From a bacterium (GTDB lineage Bacteria > Zhuqueibacterota > Zhuqueibacteria > Residuimicrobiales > Krinioviventaceae), in contig CAXXMD010000002.1 in assembly GCA_963675755.2 (NCBI GenBank), forward strand, positions 1,152,001-1,216,000: 64,000 nt of DNA, given 5' to 3'. This document shows, one piece after another, positions 39,642-47,949 of this stretch. Position 1 is the stretch's first letter; every line of letters begins with the position of its first letter. Made by a program: the position numbers and the translations under genes. The notes beneath the pieces were generated by a model. It was not told the DNA's origin, did no database searches, and saw nothing but the letters and a program-made list of their open reading frames with translations.

Positions 39642-39688
39642 TTCCCATATATAGGGGTTTTTTCATATTTTTACACTAAATATAGTAT
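39642..39688. promoter_or_regulatory. Tandem NrdR boxes
   Basis: TTCCCATATATAGGGG (39642) and ACACTAAATATAGTAT (39673), 31 bp apart, upstream of nrdB-nrdA. Confidence 0.7.
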
Positions 39689-39726
39689 TTTAATGAAATT
39701 TATTACAATAGCTTGTGCAAACAATC

Positions 39727-42117
39727 TCATGGCACATACAACAACTTTATGGTAGATTGCTGATTGTTTGCAGTCAAGCGACACAAATAGAGTCCGGCGC
39801 TGACAGTTTGACCATTGTCATCAAGTCCGTTCCAGGATTGGCTATACTGCCCGGCGGATCCGTATTCGTTCACCAGGGTGCGCACCTTTTGCCCCAACAT
39901 ATTATATATAACGAGTTGTGAATTGCCGTTTCTCGCAAGTTCATACTCTATCATTGTAGAGCTGTTAAAGGGATTGGGGTAATTTTGCTTCAAACCAAAT
40001 CTTCGAGGAATGGCCGGGTCTTTTTCATTTACCGATGTGAGAACGCCCCGATATCTCAATAATCCGGAACCGTCTGTGACCGCGTATATGATTGACGGAT
40101 CATTTTGGTCAAAACGGATTTTGTAACATAGCCCCGAACCTTCAGGAAAAGCAGCCGGAAAGGGGCCCCAGGTCTCTCCCGCGTCATAACTTATATGTGC
40201 GTCAATACCGGCAGCAACAACAATATTACTGTCTGCGGGATGTACAGCTATAGTATAATAAAGATCATAAGGACAATCCAAATCACTTTCTATAAAAGAC
40301 CAACTTTTTCCCCCATCGACTGATTTTAAAAGCCCATTAAAATAATTTGTTGCCCATACTGTTTGTTCGTTTTGTGGATTACAACACATATCATAAACCA
40401 TAAATATGTGCTGTTGTTTTCCCTCATTAGCAAAAGTCCAGTCCATACCGTTTTCAGAATAATAAACTCCATGCATAGAATTTATATTACCATACTCTGT
40501 ACCTAATAAAAAATTACATCCATCAAATGAATTCACATAAACAACAGGCAAAGATTCTTCTCCAAACAACACCTTCTGCCAGTCTTTACCCTTGTTTACC
40601 GTACGAAACAAACCTACGTTCGTCCCCGCAAAAAGCAAGCTATCTGAAAATGGAAAAATGGTAAACAAAACGCCAATATCATTAGAAAAAAATCTGTCAA
40701 TTCCATCAACTTTACTAAAAGTTGGTGTTGAACAAACAATATCCATCGCAATATCATTATATTGATTATCGTAACCGTTTGTCATTACTGTCCAAACCTT
40801 ATTTTCGATATTTGTTTGCTTTATATCATTTATTGTACAAAAACCACTGTCAATTTGAGCGTCATACCAGTCACCGTCACCACATTTATAATACATGCCC
40901 GCGCCATCTGTGCCATAGTATAGATTTGTTTCAGGTCTGCTATCATCGATCAACAAGGATCTGCCGGCAAGTCCATCCATTCCCTCAACTTTGCGCTGCC
41001 ATTCTGTTTCATCGATATCTCGTTTATAAAATCCTTCTTCGGTACCCAGCAACACCTTATTACCGTTCACCTGAATGCAATTAACGCTAATACATTCCAA
41101 TCCGTTATTATCGATCCGCCAGGTTTTACCGTCATCTTTGGTTTGTATTATACCTTGCGACGTACCCACAAACAGGGTACTGTCATTTGTCTGAACAATG
41201 GCACGAATGAGTTTGTTAGGCAGAATATCCGAAGATATATTTTCCCATGTCTGGCCATTGTCCACCGATTTATACAAACCATTAAATAGCCCCGCGTACA
41301 ATTCTCCCACTGCAAATGGACTGCAATACAAGGTTACCACCCGTTTATCGGATGTTATGGGGGAAATATTCTTCCATTGCCCAATTCCCCGATTTGTATT
41401 GATATAAATTCCATTCAGCGTACAGGCATATAAATGATCTCTATTGTGTGGAGAGATGTACAATCCGGTTATGTCCGTTGAACCTAGACCGATATTATTT
41501 TCATGCCAGGTTGTACCATTGTCAATTGTATAATGAAACCCCTTATCCCACATACTATTTCCACGATACAAACCGGTATATATAATATTCTCATCTTCCG
41601 GATGAGAGACAATACTGGAATGAATGGCACCAGAACCCAAATAAAAAATAAGAAGCTCCCAGTTCTGTCCCTTGTCAGAGCTCTTATAAAAACCATGTTC
41701 TGTTGCAACCAGAACTCTATTATGTAAATAATTAATGTCAATTATATTCTTTGATAAAAGAGCGGGACTAATTTTCTCTGTATCCAAAAGATACCTGGTC
41801 CAGGAATTCCCACCGTCACACGATCTGTAAATGCCACTTTGCTTTGTCGCTGCAAGTATCGTGTCTTTGCTGATAAAACAAATGTCAGAAATGGCAGAAC
41901 CCTGCGGGCCATAGTCTTCCCATTCTCCCAAAGTTTGTCGAAAATTATTAACATCTTTATAAGGGGAAAAATGTTTCATAGCAAGTTGTTTTAATTGTAG
42001 ATTATTTACATTATACATTTCATCAATAGTGATTTGTGCATATATATCATGATAGGTTAAAATACCAAGGAATAAATAAATACATAAAATTTTTAGAATT
42101 TTCATTAATATGTCCAT
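39727..42117 (-). CDS. Secreted BNR/YCF48-like beta-propeller protein with C-terminal FlgD-Ig/T9SS-like sorting domain
   Basis: Signal peptide; repeated S.D.G..W Asp-box motifs; C-terminal QNYPNPFN..T.I.Y.L...IYN.LGQ.VRTL...WNG.D..G..V..G.Y...L. Start may be 42105. Confidence 0.85.
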   Translation of the reverse strand: MDILMKILKILCIYLFLGILTYHDIYAQITIDEMYNVNNLQLKQLAMKHFSPYKDVNNFRQTLGEWEDYGPQGSAISDICFISKDTILAATKQSGIYRSCDGGNSWTRYLLDTEKISPALLSKNIIDINYLHNRVLVATEHGFYKSSDKGQNWELLIFYLGSGAIHSSIVSHPEDENIIYTGLYRGNSMWDKGFHYTIDNGTTWHENNIGLGSTDITGLYISPHNRDHLYACTLNGIYINTNRGIGQWKNISPITSDKRVVTLYCSPFAVGELYAGLFNGLYKSVDNGQTWENISSDILPNKLIRAIVQTNDSTLFVGTSQGIIQTKDDGKTWRIDNNGLECISVNCIQVNGNKVLLGTEEGFYKRDIDETEWQRKVEGMDGLAGRSLLIDDSRPETNLYYGTDGAGMYYKCGDGDWYDAQIDSGFCTINDIKQTNIENKVWTVMTNGYDNQYNDIAMDIVCSTPTFSKVDGIDRFFSNDIGVLFTIFPFSDSLLFAGTNVGLFRTVNKGKDWQKVLFGEESLPVVYVNSFDGCNFLLGTEYGNINSMHGVYYSENGMDWTFANEGKQQHIFMVYDMCCNPQNEQTVWATNYFNGLLKSVDGGKSWSFIESDLDCPYDLYYTIAVHPADSNIVVAAGIDAHISYDAGETWGPFPAAFPEGSGLCYKIRFDQNDPSIIYAVTDGSGLLRYRGVLTSVNEKDPAIPRRFGLKQNYPNPFNSSTMIEYELARNGNSQLVIYNMLGQKVRTLVNEYGSAGQYSQSWNGLDDNGQTVSAGLYLCRLTANNQQSTIKLLYVP

Positions 42118-42121
42118 AAAA

Positions 42122-42135
42122 ATGACAAGAGTGTT
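42122..42135 (+). repeat. 14-bp inverted repeat, left copy
   Basis: ATGACAAGAGTGTT, exact reverse complement of 42607-42620. Confidence 0.85.
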
Positions 42136-42151
42136 ATAATTTATTAATTTA

Positions 42152-42592
42152 TTATTGAATTGTTATTGACATTCCTATTGATCCATGCTCACATGTATAA
42201 GTATATGAACCAGGAAATACCCAATCATAAGCACGATAGACTCCACAATGTACTACTCCATACATTTCATCCAAATAGCTGCTCGTAGAATATGGCAATA
42301 CATTTGAATTTGACGTAACTCCATTTCGGTAAAAATCAAGAGCTTCTGTTGTTCCATAACTTGAAGCCTCAATCTTAACTTTGTATTGTATTGAAAAACC
42401 ATTACCTGCTGACCTTTCATAAGAATTATCATCCTCATCATCATTCACTGATGAATCTGTAGGGTCAGGTGGATAATCAATCCAAACTCTAGTATCACCT
42501 GTTAACGAGACAGAATTTATCTGAGTACTAATAAGTTGCCCAAATGATAAATTTACAATTACTAATAAAAATAACATAACATTTCTAAGCAT
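42152..42592 (-). CDS. Small secreted hypothetical protein
   Basis: RBS AAAGGGG, signal peptide MLRNVMLFLLVIVNLSFG, 146 aa. Confidence 0.75.
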   Translation of the reverse strand: MLRNVMLFLLVIVNLSFGQLISTQINSVSLTGDTRVWIDYPPDPTDSSVNDDEDDNSYERSAGNGFSIQYKVKIEASSYGTTEALDFYRNGVTSNSNVLPYSTSSYLDEMYGVVHCGVYRAYDWVFPGSYTYTCEHGSIGMSITIQ

Positions 42593-42606
42593 TGTTAACC
42601 CCTTTC

Positions 42607-42620
42607 AACACTCTTGTCAT
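42607..42620 (-). repeat. 14-bp inverted repeat, right copy
   Basis: AACACTCTTGTCAT on the plus strand. Confidence 0.85.
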
Positions 42621-43032
42621 ATTTTTTTAAAAATATTAAAATTAAGAAAAAATGAATGAATTTAGTTACAACCTTAAATACTTCATAATACTACCCCTTT
42701 TATTGTATTATTCATGAATAAGGTTTTTTGTCAACCCCTGCTGCAATTAACAAAAACATTAAACTGCTCGTTAATTATATTAAAATCTAAAAAAAAAAAA
42801 CGAATGTCAAGTTAAAATAAAATTAATTTTGTATGAAATATATTTTTATTTTTTTTAAATCACATATAACAGCTTGATATGGGAATAGAAATTATACAGG
42901 CAATACTACAAACAACAACAACAATGTTACCATACGTATTTTGCACACTAGACACCCCCGGAAGCTTATTATGGTTTGGAATTACACTATAAATGCATAA
43001 ATTTGATCATTGTTCCCCATAAAAACATTTTC

Positions 43033-43046
43033 TTGATCTACATCAA
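43033..43046 (+). promoter_or_regulatory. FNR/Crp-family binding site
   Basis: Perfect TTGAT-CTAC-ATCAA, centred 41.5 nt upstream of a start site implied by -10 TATATT at 43069-43074. Confidence 0.75.
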
Positions 43047-43047
43047 G

Positions 43048-43076
43048 GAAATATACCCGGGAAAAGGGTATATTTC
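43048..43076. promoter_or_regulatory. Palindromic operator candidate overlapping the -10
   Basis: GAAATATACCC-GGGAAAA-GGGTATATTTC, perfect 11-bp arms. Confidence 0.55.
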
Positions 43077-43104
43077 TTTACATCATATAGCAGGAGGAGA
43101 CATA

Positions 43105-43362
43105 ATGACATCAACAAAAGTGAATCAAAAAACAAAAAGTCAGGTTGGTAAATATGACTCGTTCACTGTTCGGGTAATGGACTGCCTGGATGAATTGTAC
43201 ACAACGGCAGTAAGGCTGACAAAAGACATGCCGGAAGCTGAACAGCTAGTACAAAACACATTGGCCAAAGGTGCCAAAATTTACAAACCTGAAAGTTCTG
43301 CCGTTCTTCGGGTATGGCTTTTGGAGATTATGACACAAACCTACTATGCATCCGCAAACTAG
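43105..43362 (+). CDS. 85-aa protein resembling ECF sigma factor region 2 only
   Basis: RBS AGGAGGAG; LDELYTTAVRLTKDMPEAEQLVQNTL...LRVWLLEIM resembles the L..LY..A.R.T....AEDLVQ.T...F..WL..I pattern; no region 4. Confidence 0.65.
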   Translation: MTSTKVNQKTKSQVGKYDSFTVRVMDCLDELYTTAVRLTKDMPEAEQLVQNTLAKGAKIYKPESSAVLRVWLLEIMTQTYYASAN

Positions 43363-43377
43363 TCCCCTTGCGAGGAA

Positions 43378-44448
43378 ATGAAAACACTTGAAGCATTGAT
43401 TGACTGGCTGGGCTTAAATTTTAGCCGTAACAAATTCACAATGCAACCCTGGCGGCGTGTGGTGCAGTATCTGTTTTTGCTTACGCTGATTTGGATTGGT
43501 GTCCAGTTTAGCATTTGGATAACCCAATTGCTAAACGGACAATCACCGGGCGTCAGCCGGCCACCGGGTGTGGAAGGATTTCTGCCCATCAGTGCGCTTA
43601 TAAGCTTAAAATACTGGGTATTAACCGGGGTATTCAATACAATCCATCCATCCTCACTGGTCATTCTTGTCATTGTATTGGTAATGGCTGTCACATTGAA
43701 AAAAGCATTTTGTTCATGGGTATGTCCCTTCGGATTACTGTCAGAATATCTTGCCAAAATCCATGTATGGTTGTTTGATCGTCCCCGTCGATTACCACGA
43801 TGGATCGATTACCCGCTTCGTTCTATCAAATACCTGCTGCTGTTCTTTTTTGTATGGGCCATTTTTGCAGGTATGGATGTAATTGCGTTAAAGAAATTTA
43901 TCTACAGTCCATACAACCGGGTGGCTGATATTAAAATGTACCAATTCTTTGCAGATCCCTCCAATCTTACAATTTATGTACTGATTGGATTGGTGCTTTT
44001 ATCAATTTTAGTAAGGCATTTCTGGTGCAGGTACCTCTGTCCCTATGGCGCCATGCTGGGTGCATTGAGTTGGATAAGCCTGTTCAAGATCAGGCGTAAC
44101 GCAACAACCTGTATCGACTGTGAAAAATGCACCAGAGCATGCCCCTCTAACATTATTGTGCATAAGGCAAATAGCGTTCACAGTGACGAATGCCATGCCT
44201 GCATGCAATGTGTGGATGTGTGTCCGGTCAAAGATACGCTCTACCTTTCTATTCCGGGTAACAAGTTCCGCTTGCGAAAATGGATGCCGGTAATCATTGT
44301 GCTCATGTTCCTGGGTGGCAGCATGATTGCGCGGGGACTCGGGCTCTGGCAAAACTCGATCTCTACAGAAGAGTATAAATCACACATTAAAAACATCAAC
44401 TCTCCCCTGTATCACCACGCCCGCGGGCAGGTGCCGGATTATGAATAA
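43378..44448 (+). CDS. Membrane 4Fe-4S binding protein (YccM/NapH/FixG-like polyferredoxin)
   Basis: RPPGVEGFLPI, FCSWVCPFG, WCRYLCPYG, CIDCEKCTRACP, CHACMQCVDVCP; several TM helices. Confidence 0.9.
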   Translation: MKTLEALIDWLGLNFSRNKFTMQPWRRVVQYLFLLTLIWIGVQFSIWITQLLNGQSPGVSRPPGVEGFLPISALISLKYWVLTGVFNTIHPSSLVILVIVLVMAVTLKKAFCSWVCPFGLLSEYLAKIHVWLFDRPRRLPRWIDYPLRSIKYLLLFFFVWAIFAGMDVIALKKFIYSPYNRVADIKMYQFFADPSNLTIYVLIGLVLLSILVRHFWCRYLCPYGAMLGALSWISLFKIRRNATTCIDCEKCTRACPSNIIVHKANSVHSDECHACMQCVDVCPVKDTLYLSIPGNKFRLRKWMPVIIVLMFLGGSMIARGLGLWQNSISTEEYKSHIKNINSPLYHHARGQVPDYE

Positions 44449-44450
44449 AT

Positions 44451-44485
44451 AAAAAAGGCGTCCTCCATCAACAGGACGCCTTTTT
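44451..44485. terminator. Bidirectional terminator
   Basis: AAAAAAGGCGTCCT-CCATCAAC-AGGACGCCTTTTT between convergent genes. Confidence 0.8.
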
Positions 44486-44507
44486 ACCGGAGGAATTGGG
44501 TATTTTA

Positions 44508-46460
44508 TTATTGGGTAAGGTTAAATGTATTAACAAGATCACTCATCTGCTTTGCCTGCTGCGACAACTCTTTTGCGGAACTTGCAGATTCTTCCGCATT
44601 GGCAGCGTTTTGCTGAGTGATTCCGTTCATCTGTTCAACAGCATTGTTAATCTGTTCCAGTCCTTCATTCTGTTGCTCCGAAGCAGCTGCAATCTCGGCC
44701 ATAATTTCACTAAATTTCACAACTTTTTCGGTTATCTCTTTCAGGTTTTCAAGCACCTGTTCATTCAGAGATACACCTTCACTGGTATTGCGAATTGAAT
44801 CTTCAATTAATTGGGATGTTTCTCTAGCAGATTCGGCGCTGCGCTGCGCAAGGTTTCTCACCTCTTCCGCAACAACTGCAAAACCTTTACCTGCTTCACC
44901 GGCACGTGCGGCTTCAACCGCGGCATTCAATGCAAGCAAATTGGTTTGAAACGCAAGTTCATCTATGGTCTTGACCACTTTGGAAGATTCATCGGATGAT
45001 GTTTTTATTTTGCCAATAGCTTCAGAAAGCTGCTCCATGCTTTTCATACCTTTTTCAGTACTGGTCTTGGCAGAGTGTGTCAAATTGTTGGCAACCTGGG
45101 CATTACTACTGTTCTGCTTGATCATTGAAAGCATTTCCTGCAAGCTGCTGGCAATTTCTTCCAGGGAACTGGCTTGTTCAGTAGCTCCCTGAGCTGTAGA
45201 CAAACTGCTGTCATCGATCTGCTCGGATGCCGAAGCAACCTGAGATGCTCCTCTGGCAACATCCAGCATGGCTTTATCGAGATTTTCAACAGCATCATTC
45301 AATGAATTTTTAATCATTGCATGATCACCACGATAATCACCATTCATTCGTGCATATAAATGACGATCTGCAACCTTGGCAAGTACAGCCGACGCTTCAT
45401 TAATCGGTGTTAGCACTGAATCCAATGTATTGTTAACACCTTCTATAATGGATTTAAAACTACCATTATGAAATGAGCTTTCAATACGATAAGACAGTTC
45501 TCCATTTTGAGCAGATTGAGCGAGTTGGTTAATATCATTAAAAATCAATTCAATACTGGATTTCATGGTCTTCATTGAAAGCCCCAGAGTATCCTGATCG
45601 GATGCCAGGTTTATATCGTAACTCAGATCACCATTCGATATTTTTTCTGCCATCTCTGCTTTATCTTGTAATGCACTATTCAAAGTTTTAAATGCATTTG
45701 CCAATTTACCCACTTCATCTTTTTGGTCAATATGTATTTCATTATCCAGATTTCCCTTGCCAATTTCCTGTGCAATGTTTGTAATGAGCTTTAAAGGTTT
45801 TGCAACACCTTGGCCTATTACAATAATCAGAACAACACCACTAAGAAAACCAAATAGAATTACAAAAATCAACCCAAGCGATTTTGCTTTATAATCTTTT
45901 GTTGATACATCATGAGCATCAGAAGCTTTTTGCAATAAAATTTCAGTAATTACATTTAAATGTTCTCTGGCTGTATTAAATTTATCATTAGCCTCTGAAA
46001 GTGAGAGCTTTATTGCATCTTCTTTACTCAACTCATCACCACGTTGGCAGAGATCAATTACACGCTGAGAAACTTGTTGCCATTCTTTAAAATCATTCTC
46101 AAATTGAGGGATAATTTCAAGTTCTCGCTCTGTAGTAGCCAGCTTGGTATAATTAGTCCAACGCTCATAGGTTTGGTCAACATTCTCGTGGTAATCTGCA
46201 ACAAACTGTTTAAAAACAGCGGTCCCACTATTTTCAAAAAATAGTGAACGTTCAGCAACCAATGCCTGCTGCATATCACGGTCTGCTTCAATCAAGTAAT
46301 CCATTCCGGGCATACTGATTGAAAAAATTTCATCCAATGTTTTATCAATTTTTGACATGCTGCTGTATCCCACCAGACCTACAATAACCAGCAACAATAT
46401 CATGAGTGAAAACCCAATTATCAGTTTAATTCCAATTCCAAGATTATTAATAATTTTCAT
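44508..46460 (-). CDS. Methyl-accepting chemotaxis protein (4HB sensor, HAMP domains, signalling domain)
   Basis: Two TM helices, [48 protein letters not shown]. Confidence 0.95.
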   Translation of the reverse strand: MKIINNLGIGIKLIIGFSLMILLLVIVGLVGYSSMSKIDKTLDEIFSISMPGMDYLIEADRDMQQALVAERSLFFENSGTAVFKQFVADYHENVDQTYERWTNYTKLATTERELEIIPQFENDFKEWQQVSQRVIDLCQRGDELSKEDAIKLSLSEANDKFNTAREHLNVITEILLQKASDAHDVSTKDYKAKSLGLIFVILFGFLSGVVLIIVIGQGVAKPLKLITNIAQEIGKGNLDNEIHIDQKDEVGKLANAFKTLNSALQDKAEMAEKISNGDLSYDINLASDQDTLGLSMKTMKSSIELIFNDINQLAQSAQNGELSYRIESSFHNGSFKSIIEGVNNTLDSVLTPINEASAVLAKVADRHLYARMNGDYRGDHAMIKNSLNDAVENLDKAMLDVARGASQVASASEQIDDSSLSTAQGATEQASSLEEIASSLQEMLSMIKQNSSNAQVANNLTHSAKTSTEKGMKSMEQLSEAIGKIKTSSDESSKVVKTIDELAFQTNLLALNAAVEAARAGEAGKGFAVVAEEVRNLAQRSAESARETSQLIEDSIRNTSEGVSLNEQVLENLKEITEKVVKFSEIMAEIAAASEQQNEGLEQINNAVEQMNGITQQNAANAEESASSAKELSQQAKQMSDLVNTFNLTQ

Positions 46461-46483
46461 TTCATACTCCTCAGATCAATAAG

Positions 46484-47467
46484 TTAGAATGCACCCTGGA
46501 ATAAAAGTTGGACTGAATCCGCCCCTTCCAAATCAGACATTACATAGTTGAATTGAATTTTAGATTGTTTACGAACATCAGGATTTAAAAAGACATTGAA
46601 TCCCAATGTGATAAAAGTTTGATCTTTACTATTATCAGTAAGATCATTTGACTCATACTTGACGATAGGTTGTAAATAGGGTTTCAATAGATACCCGGCT
46701 TGAGCATAATATACAACTCCGTCAGAAGCATTATTCTGAAAATCGTCACGTGTTATATATTCTCCCTTTAATTCAATTTTTTTAACAGGAGTTAATTGAA
46801 TTCCCGCACCGGCTACTGTTACGTTTTCCTGACCTTCAACACTGGTCAAAGCGGATCCCCAGTATGCTTCTGCGTGCAATTTTTTGGATGGGTCCATATT
46901 CACACGTCCGACAAGTGTATAATCATTGCCAACTGCGGGATCACCAACATCCGTGGCTTTACTTGGACCGGCATTAAAAACACCCGCCGCAAAACCAAAT
47001 CCGTGTTTTCCAATTCCGCTCATATGAAGCATGGCACCGGTATCAAAATGAAAGATGAACTTTTGCGCGTAACCTCGTTTAACAAAATCCAGGCTGTGTG
47101 CACCCGTATTCCACTCCATGCCAATAGGCGTTTTCATTTTTCCAACAGACAAACGGAGTTTTTTATATGGCTTGACGGTTACCATAGCATAATTAATCAA
47201 TTTGGGGGTATCACCATCGGGGCCAATGCCTTCGGGAGAATCAATAACATCGATCAATAATTTGTAATCCATATATTCATTCAGGGCTCCGGAAAGTCCA
47301 AAACGAACACGTTCAAATCCAAATACAAATGCCTTGTTGTCCTCTGATTTAATGATACTGGTTTGGGTATATCCCCCCCATTTCAATGTGGGTTTATCCT
47401 GTGAAAAAGTGATTTGAGATAAAGACAGGATGAATAAAAATAGAAACAAAACCCAAGATTTAAACAT
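46484..47467 (-). CDS. Outer-membrane porin (phosphate-selective porin O/P-like)
   Basis: Signal peptide from ATG 47467 (RBS AAGGAG); WGGYTQ, RVRFGLSG, VGKMKTPIGME; alternating beta strands; C-terminal Phe. Confidence 0.75.
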   Translation of the reverse strand: MFKSWVLFLFLFILSLSQITFSQDKPTLKWGGYTQTSIIKSEDNKAFVFGFERVRFGLSGALNEYMDYKLLIDVIDSPEGIGPDGDTPKLINYAMVTVKPYKKLRLSVGKMKTPIGMEWNTGAHSLDFVKRGYAQKFIFHFDTGAMLHMSGIGKHGFGFAAGVFNAGPSKATDVGDPAVGNDYTLVGRVNMDPSKKLHAEAYWGSALTSVEGQENVTVAGAGIQLTPVKKIELKGEYITRDDFQNNASDGVVYYAQAGYLLKPYLQPIVKYESNDLTDNSKDQTFITLGFNVFLNPDVRKQSKIQFNYVMSDLEGADSVQLLFQGAF

Positions 47468-47579
47468 AATACTACTCCTTTGCTGTAAATATCTCTTGAA
47501 CAAAACTCCAGAATTGCAGAACAGAATCATACAAAAAGATATATACAATATTAAACTAATTAATAAACTATGAATATCA

Positions 47580-47595
47580 TTCAAAATGCATGCCA
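47580..47595 (-). promoter_or_regulatory. Candidate sigma54 promoter of porin-MCP operon
   Basis: Minus strand TGGCAT-GCATT-TTGAA, with the same GA variant at -12 as the hydrogenase promoter. Confidence 0.5.
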
Positions 47596-47949
47596 TAAAT
47601 ATAAATCATTTAAAAACTATGGCTTAAGTGCAGTAAATGTCAGCAATAACACAAACCAGGTTCTACCCCAAAAAGTAAATTCATCCGAAATATAAATAAT
47701 TTTCATTACATATTCACAATTAAAGAAAAAAACACCTCGGCAAAATACGGCAATAAAAATAATTCACGATGATGAATAATATTTGTTTTATATCTACAAA
47801 AAGACCAGAAAAAATGATCACATATAGATACATTTTTCTCCAAAATGGCAGTATTTTTTAGGAAATTTTTATTTGATATAAACGTTTTATTGATATAATA
47901 CGTCAAATAATAAATCACTAAAAAGAATCAAAACGTCAACGAGGGGTAT

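Noticed and set aside
42909-42924. (ACA)n intergenic run
   Set aside because: Only about four units, with no clear promoter context.
42976-43104. ORF-track N-terminal extension of the sigma2-like protein
   Set aside because: It overlaps the FNR box and promoter; the strong RBS points to ATG 43105.
43360-43362. Pyrrolysine decoding of the in-frame TAG
   Set aside because: No pyl genes are visible and many other genes here end in TAG; in-frame adjacency has a one-in-three chance. Kept only as a caveat in the finding.
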